Shown here: positions 63,201-64,000 of the stretch, piece by piece | Position numbering within the stretch: position 1 is the first letter of the stretch | Layout of the letters: every line of letters starts with the position of its first letter | Notes under the pieces: model-generated | The model's input: the letters and a program-made list of their open reading frames with translations, nothing else | Told to the model about the DNA's origin: nothing | Database searches by the model: none | Translations under genes and position numbers: made by a program | Source: Ramazzottius varieornatus | Lineage: Eukaryota > Animalia > Tardigrada | NCBI GenBank assembly: GCA_001949185.1 | Contig: BDGG01000002.1 | Location: 8,174,448 to 8,238,447, forward strand | DNA: 64,000 nucleotides | Direction: 5' to 3'

Positions 63201-64000
63201 ATCAGATGATGCAGGTTGATGTCTCGTTTACTGGTCAACCACGACCGCAGTTGACGTGGAGGCATAACGGAGCGGTACTAGAGATGACGCGTCGTGTCAC
63301 CATTGAAGAACGACGAACACAAATGGTGGCCACTTTCACCATTAAGAAGACGGAACAGACTGATGCCGGAACTTACACCGTTACAGCCAAGAATGACCAC
63401 GGTGAGGCTTTGGCTAATCTAACTCTGGTAGTCTTGGATAAAGCTGGACCGCCAAGGAACTTGACCGTCAGAGAAGTGACGCCCAAGACGGCAGGGCTGA
63501 CATGGGAAGCCCCGTTGACCGATGGTGGAGCACCTGTTAAACATTACTTGGTGGAAAAGAGAAGTGCCGGAAGGACCACATGGACCAAGGTGACCACTAC
63601 CCAAGAAATGAAGGCTGTTGTCACCGAGCTTGTGCAAGGAAACAAGTTCGAGTTCCGCGTTAGAGCTGTCACCGACCAGGGCGAAGGAGCAGAAGCGCAA
63701 GTTGGACCTATTACCGCTGACTACACTTTCGGTCAGATAACAGGGAGCTCGGCCAAGAAACTGCGCAAGCTCGTCATCTCCAGTGGCGCAGGCTTTCGGC
63801 TAACAACATTGACAAGCTCGCCACTTGGGATAACAATCTTGTCGAGTTTGTCTGCCGAGCTACCAGTAGCGTTCAATCTTTGACATTTGCGATGTTCGGG
63901 CTCATTTACGCTTTCCCTATTTACAGATGTTCCATCAGCACCGGCAGCTCCTTCAGTCAGCAACGTTACTTCCAAGACTGTAACCTTAACCTGGCTCCCA
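1624..64000 (+). CDS. Titin/connectin-like (kettin/sallimus-type) giant sarcomeric protein; 66 exons traced; 3' incomplete
   Basis: Successive + strand ORF pieces carry I-set Ig motifs (P-x-F...G-x-P-x-P-x-V-x-W...D-x-G-x-Y-x-C), PEVK-like low-complexity tracts and Fn3 motifs (W-x-x-P-x-x-D-G-G, Y-x-F-R-V-x-A-x-N). They join in frame across 65 GT-AG introns with matching phases. Exact orthology (TTN vs sls/kettin vs TTN-1) cannot be fixed without a search. Confidence 0.93.
6343..12272 (+). CDS. N-terminal Ig block, Ig7-Ig16
   Basis: Exons 6343-6673, 7123-7487, 7747-8078, 8150-8434, 8657-9287, 9623-10015, 10222-10410, 10483-10707, 10781-11344, 11674-12096, 12189-12272. Split Ig domains are rebuilt across the junctions (e.g. 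VE-W|FKDG). Confidence 0.9.
6745..7092. repeat. Intronic hairpin family, ~4-unit composite
   Basis: Repeated CAAGTGGCGCAC/GTGCGCCACTT-like arms near 6772, 6852, 6932 and 7005. Confidence 0.85.
7583..7692. repeat. Intronic hairpin family, single unit
   Basis: CGGCAGAC..CAAGATCG..AAGTGGCACAC-loop(CCAATAACA)-GCGCGCTACTTG..TTTGCCG. Confidence 0.8.
8443..8605. repeat. Intronic hairpin family, 2-unit degenerate
   Basis: TGGCGCACG and GTGCGCCACTT arms; loop in the TGTTATTGG orientation. Confidence 0.75.
9370..9565. repeat. Intronic hairpin family, 2-unit
   Basis: GGCGCACG..CGTGCGCCACT, then ACTCGACAAG..CAAGTGGCGCATG..CATGCGGCACTT..CTTGTCGAGT. Confidence 0.85.
11369..11627. repeat. Intronic hairpin family, 3-unit composite with outer inverted termini
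   Basis: Starts AGCTCGGAAAA and ends TTTGCCGAGCT, enclosing three core hairpins. Confidence 0.9.
12308..12418. repeat. Intronic hairpin family, single unit
   Basis: CAAGATC..CCCAAGTGGCGAACG..CGTGCG..TTTTGCCGAGCTC. Confidence 0.8.
12496..20111 (+). CDS. Low-complexity region I: Gln-rich and ESPQPEMAELDYY-motif exons
   Basis: Exons 12496-13163, 13412(or 13424)-17603, 17955-19391, 19678-20111. Includes the 1422-aa ORF. Confidence 0.85.
13220..13360. repeat. Intronic hairpin family, 2-unit
   Basis: AAGTGGCGCACG..TGCGCTACTTG; CAAGTAACGCACG..TGCGCAACTTG..CGATCTTG. Confidence 0.8.
17720..17920. repeat. Intronic hairpin family, 2-unit
   Basis: TCGGCAAATGAA ... TTCACTTGCCGA outer arms with two inner cores. 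Confidence 0.8.
19477..19606. repeat. Intronic hairpin family, single unit
   Basis: CAAACAAACTCAACCAGATCG..CAAGTGGCGTA..CGTGCGCCACTT..TTGTTTGCCG. Confidence 0.85.
20105..20222. repeat. Intronic hairpin family copy overlapping the 5' splice site
   Basis: CCG|GTAAACAAACTCCACTAGATT resembles the consensus left arm TCGGCAAACAAACTCGACAAGATC. Confidence 0.75.
20277..25474 (+). CDS. Low-complexity region II: Glu/Thr/Val/Pro-rich exons
   Basis: Exons 20277-20711, 20892-21672, 21923-22845, 23145-23870, 23929-24960, 25186-25474. Confidence 0.85.
20751..20863. repeat. Intronic hairpin family, near-consensus single unit
   Basis: CAAACTCGACAAGATCGTTTTCCGAAGTGGTGCAC..CGTGCGCCACTTGGAAAA..TTTGCCGAGCTC. 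Confidence 0.9.
21780..21895. repeat. Intronic hairpin family, single unit
   Basis: TGGCGCACG..CATGCGCCACTTGG..TGTCGAGCTTGTTTGC. Confidence 0.8.
22885..23099. repeat. Intronic hairpin family, 2-unit with G-U-compatible outer stem
   Basis: GGGACGTGGGC pairs with GCCCGCGTCTC; two inner cores. Confidence 0.85.
24989..25115. repeat. Intronic hairpin family, single unit
   Basis: TCAAGTGGCGCACG-TTTCCAGCCAATAACGATAAGAG-CATGCGCCACTTGA. Confidence 0.9.
25545..25841 (+). CDS. Isolated I-set Ig domain exon inside the PEVK-like region
   Basis: 297-nt phase 1-1 exon encoding PVVKKPLE...LQCQFDVQP..ATWFHED...IAEVFPEDAGLYVC...VTVE. Confidence 0.9.
25880..26123. repeat. Intronic hairpin family, 2-unit
   Basis: Loop CATTGTTATTGG plus TGCGCCACTTGGGAAAAC; second core TTTTCCCAAGTTGCG..GCCACTTG. 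Confidence 0.8.
26150..31136 (+). CDS. Low-complexity region III: giant Thr/Glu/Val/Pro-rich exon(s)
   Basis: Exons 26150-26347 and 26432-30781 (or one 26150-30781 exon if the 84-nt in-frame intron is retained), then 30847-31136. Confidence 0.85.
26563..26589 (+). repeat. (ACC)9 coding microsatellite (poly-Thr)
   Basis: Direct read; encodes the TTTTTTTTT run. Confidence 0.9.
31190..31250. repeat. Intronic hairpin family, core only
   Basis: AAAGTGGTACAC..GTGCGCCACTTT. Confidence 0.75.
31288..43797 (+). CDS. Low-complexity region IV: EFPxPExAE(L/V)D(F/Y)-motif exons
   Basis: Exons 31288-32410, 32494-32871, 32961-33476, 33552-33893, 33967-34602, 34872-35533, 36257-38942, 39026-39403, 39482-39997, 40081-40704, 40765-41192, 41272-42024, 42137-42821, 42931-43797. 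Confidence 0.85.
32221..32845 (+). repeat. Copy 1 of a 625-bp identical internal duplication (exon end, intron, exon)
   Basis: Matches 38753-39377 at offset 6532, including the 83-nt intron. Confidence 0.93.
34630..34827. repeat. Intronic hairpin family, 2-unit
   Basis: Outer arms GATTTCACCCAGATCG / CGATCTGGGTGAAATC are perfectly complementary. Confidence 0.88.
36150..36228. repeat. Intronic hairpin family, core with expanded (GACAAC)n loop
   Basis: AAGTGGCGCACG..GACAACGACAACGACAA..CGTGCGCCACTT. Confidence 0.85.
38753..39377 (+). repeat. Copy 2 of the 625-bp identical internal duplication
   Basis: Matches 32221-32845; the ORF-track translations are identical over this span. Confidence 0.93.
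43964..46513 (+). CDS. Exon carrying the 68-aa tandem repeat array
   Basis: CCGTAG| acceptor and GATG|GTAAGA donor; 2550 nt, phase 1-1. Confidence 0.85.
44008..46214 (+). repeat. Coding tandem array, 204-bp unit x ~10.8
   Basis: The same text recurs at 44041, 45061 and 46081 (multiples of 204). Only two variable positions seen. Confidence 0.97.
46726..51873 (+). CDS. Isolated Ig followed by Lys-containing PEVK-like region
   Basis: Exons 46726-46808, 46869-48404, 48464/48467-48694, 48952-50343, 50429-50566, 50631-51873. Ig motif APKFTTEV...VHGIPQPSVTWY...GTITCVASN; K content rises toward 3'. Confidence 0.85.
48740..48925. repeat. Intronic hairpin family, 2-unit
   Basis: AACTCGACCAGATC..GTGTGCCACTTGG..AACTCGACAAGATCG..CAAGTGGCGCAC..TGCGCCACT..TTTGCCGAGCT. 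Confidence 0.88.
51936..56589 (+). CDS. Ig x3 - Fn3 x3 - Ig x2 - Fn3 x5 block
   Basis: Exons 51936-52326, 52563-52972, 53179-53946, 54181-54680, 54855-56589. Canonical Fn3 motifs (WxxPxxDGGxP, YxFRVxAxN). Confidence 0.9.
52363..52504. repeat. Unrelated intronic inverted repeat (21-bp arms)
   Basis: AAACAGAAATCAGGCATCTTC (52363-52383) vs GGAGACGCCTGATTTCTGTTT (52484-52504). Confidence 0.75.
52987..53107. repeat. Intronic hairpin family, single unit
   Basis: GAAGTGGC..CGTGCGCCACTTG..GATCTTGT. Confidence 0.75.
53957..54145. repeat. Intronic hairpin family, 2-unit
   Basis: AGTGGCGCAC..GTGCGCCACT; AGCGCACG..CGTGCGCT. Confidence 0.85.
54697..54800. repeat. Intronic hairpin family, single unit with right-arm deletion
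   Basis: TTTTCCCAAGTGGCGCAC..CGTGCG..GATCTTGGCGACTTTGTT. Confidence 0.8.
56608..56814. repeat. Intronic hairpin family, 2-unit
   Basis: AGCTCGGGAAACAAACTC ... CGATCTTGTCGCGTTTGCCGGCCGAG. Confidence 0.82.
56828..56969. mobile_element. Unrelated 142-bp MITE-like element with ~48-bp TIRs and TA flanks
   Basis: TA|CTGTAATGCTTCTCCAACTTCGCGAAACACGT ... ACGTGATTCGCGAAGTTCAAGAAGCACTACAG|TA. Confidence 0.75.
57013..64000 (+). CDS. Fn3 followed by ~8 [Ig-Fn3-linker] modules; runs off window
   Basis: Exons 57013-58296, 58553-58888, 59142-59864, 59930-60622, 60809-61459, 61664-62694, 62798-63731, 63927-64000. Confidence 0.9.
58333..58506. repeat. Intronic hairpin family, 2-unit
   Basis: Two GTGGCGCAC/GTGCGCCAC cores inside CGGCAAAC..GTTTGCTG arms. 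Confidence 0.88.
58905..59083. repeat. Intronic hairpin family, 2-unit
   Basis: Outer arms GGGAGG.CGGCA..GCGCAAGA / TCTTGCGC..TGCCG.CTTCCC. Confidence 0.85.
60640..60760. repeat. Intronic hairpin family, single unit with compensatory changes
   Basis: CTAGGTGGCGCATGTGT / ATACATGCGCCACTTGG. Confidence 0.88.
61470..61615. repeat. Intronic hairpin family, 1.5-unit
   Basis: Orphan GTGCGCCACTTG, then a full GTGGCGCAC..GTGCGCCAC core and TTTTGCCG end. Confidence 0.82.
63743..63863. repeat. Intronic hairpin family, single full-length unit
   Basis: GAGCTCGGC...CAGTGGCG..CGCCACTTG...CTTGTCGAGTTTG.CTGCCGAGCT. Confidence 0.88.

Noticed and set aside
3475-63863. Hairpins as bacterial REP/BIME elements, attC sites or terminators
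   Set aside because: The context is a spliceosomal-intron gene with no integrase, RAYT or cassette ORFs; only the architecture is analogous.
3475-63863. Hairpin-bearing introns as true introners
   Set aside because: Similarity covers only the internal element. Acceptor regions are unrelated between introns, and only one donor overlaps the element.
20267-63975. Numerous short Ser/Val/Phe-rich minus-strand and alternate-frame ORFs
   Set aside because: Expected by-products of biased Glu/Thr/Val codon usage on the + strand; no independent domain signal.
57013-64000. Calling the gene twitchin/projectin or assigning TTN
   Set aside because: No kinase domain in the window and the Ig/Fn3 pattern differs; orthology needs a search.

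Overview
This window is eukaryotic (invertebrate-type, compact introns) and holds almost nothing but one very large + strand gene for a titin/connectin (kettin/sallimus-like) giant muscle protein, truncated at the 3' window edge. I traced 66 phase-consistent GT-AG exons from 1624 to 64000, about 49.7 kb coding or roughly 16,500 aa by my manual tally, plus a possible start exon ending at 377. The protein runs: ~16 N-terminal I-set Ig domains; a ~39 kb Pro/Glu/Val/Thr-rich PEVK-like region with several short-motif families, two isolated Ig domains, a 625-bp exact internal duplication and an ~11x204-bp homogenised tandem array; then an Ig/Fn3 region ending in about 8 [Ig-Fn3-linker] modules. No kinase domain is visible. 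The most striking non-coding signal is a family of ~115-bp palindromic hairpins (core CAAGTGGCGCACG-loop-CGTGCGCCACTTG). They occur singly or as 2-4-unit composites in 29 of the 36 introns longer than 140 nt and in none of the short ones. Several copies show compensatory and G-U-compatible changes on the sense strand, and removing the hairpin often leaves the gene's modal 60-90 nt intron length. Coordinates were read by eye; element boundaries are approximate.
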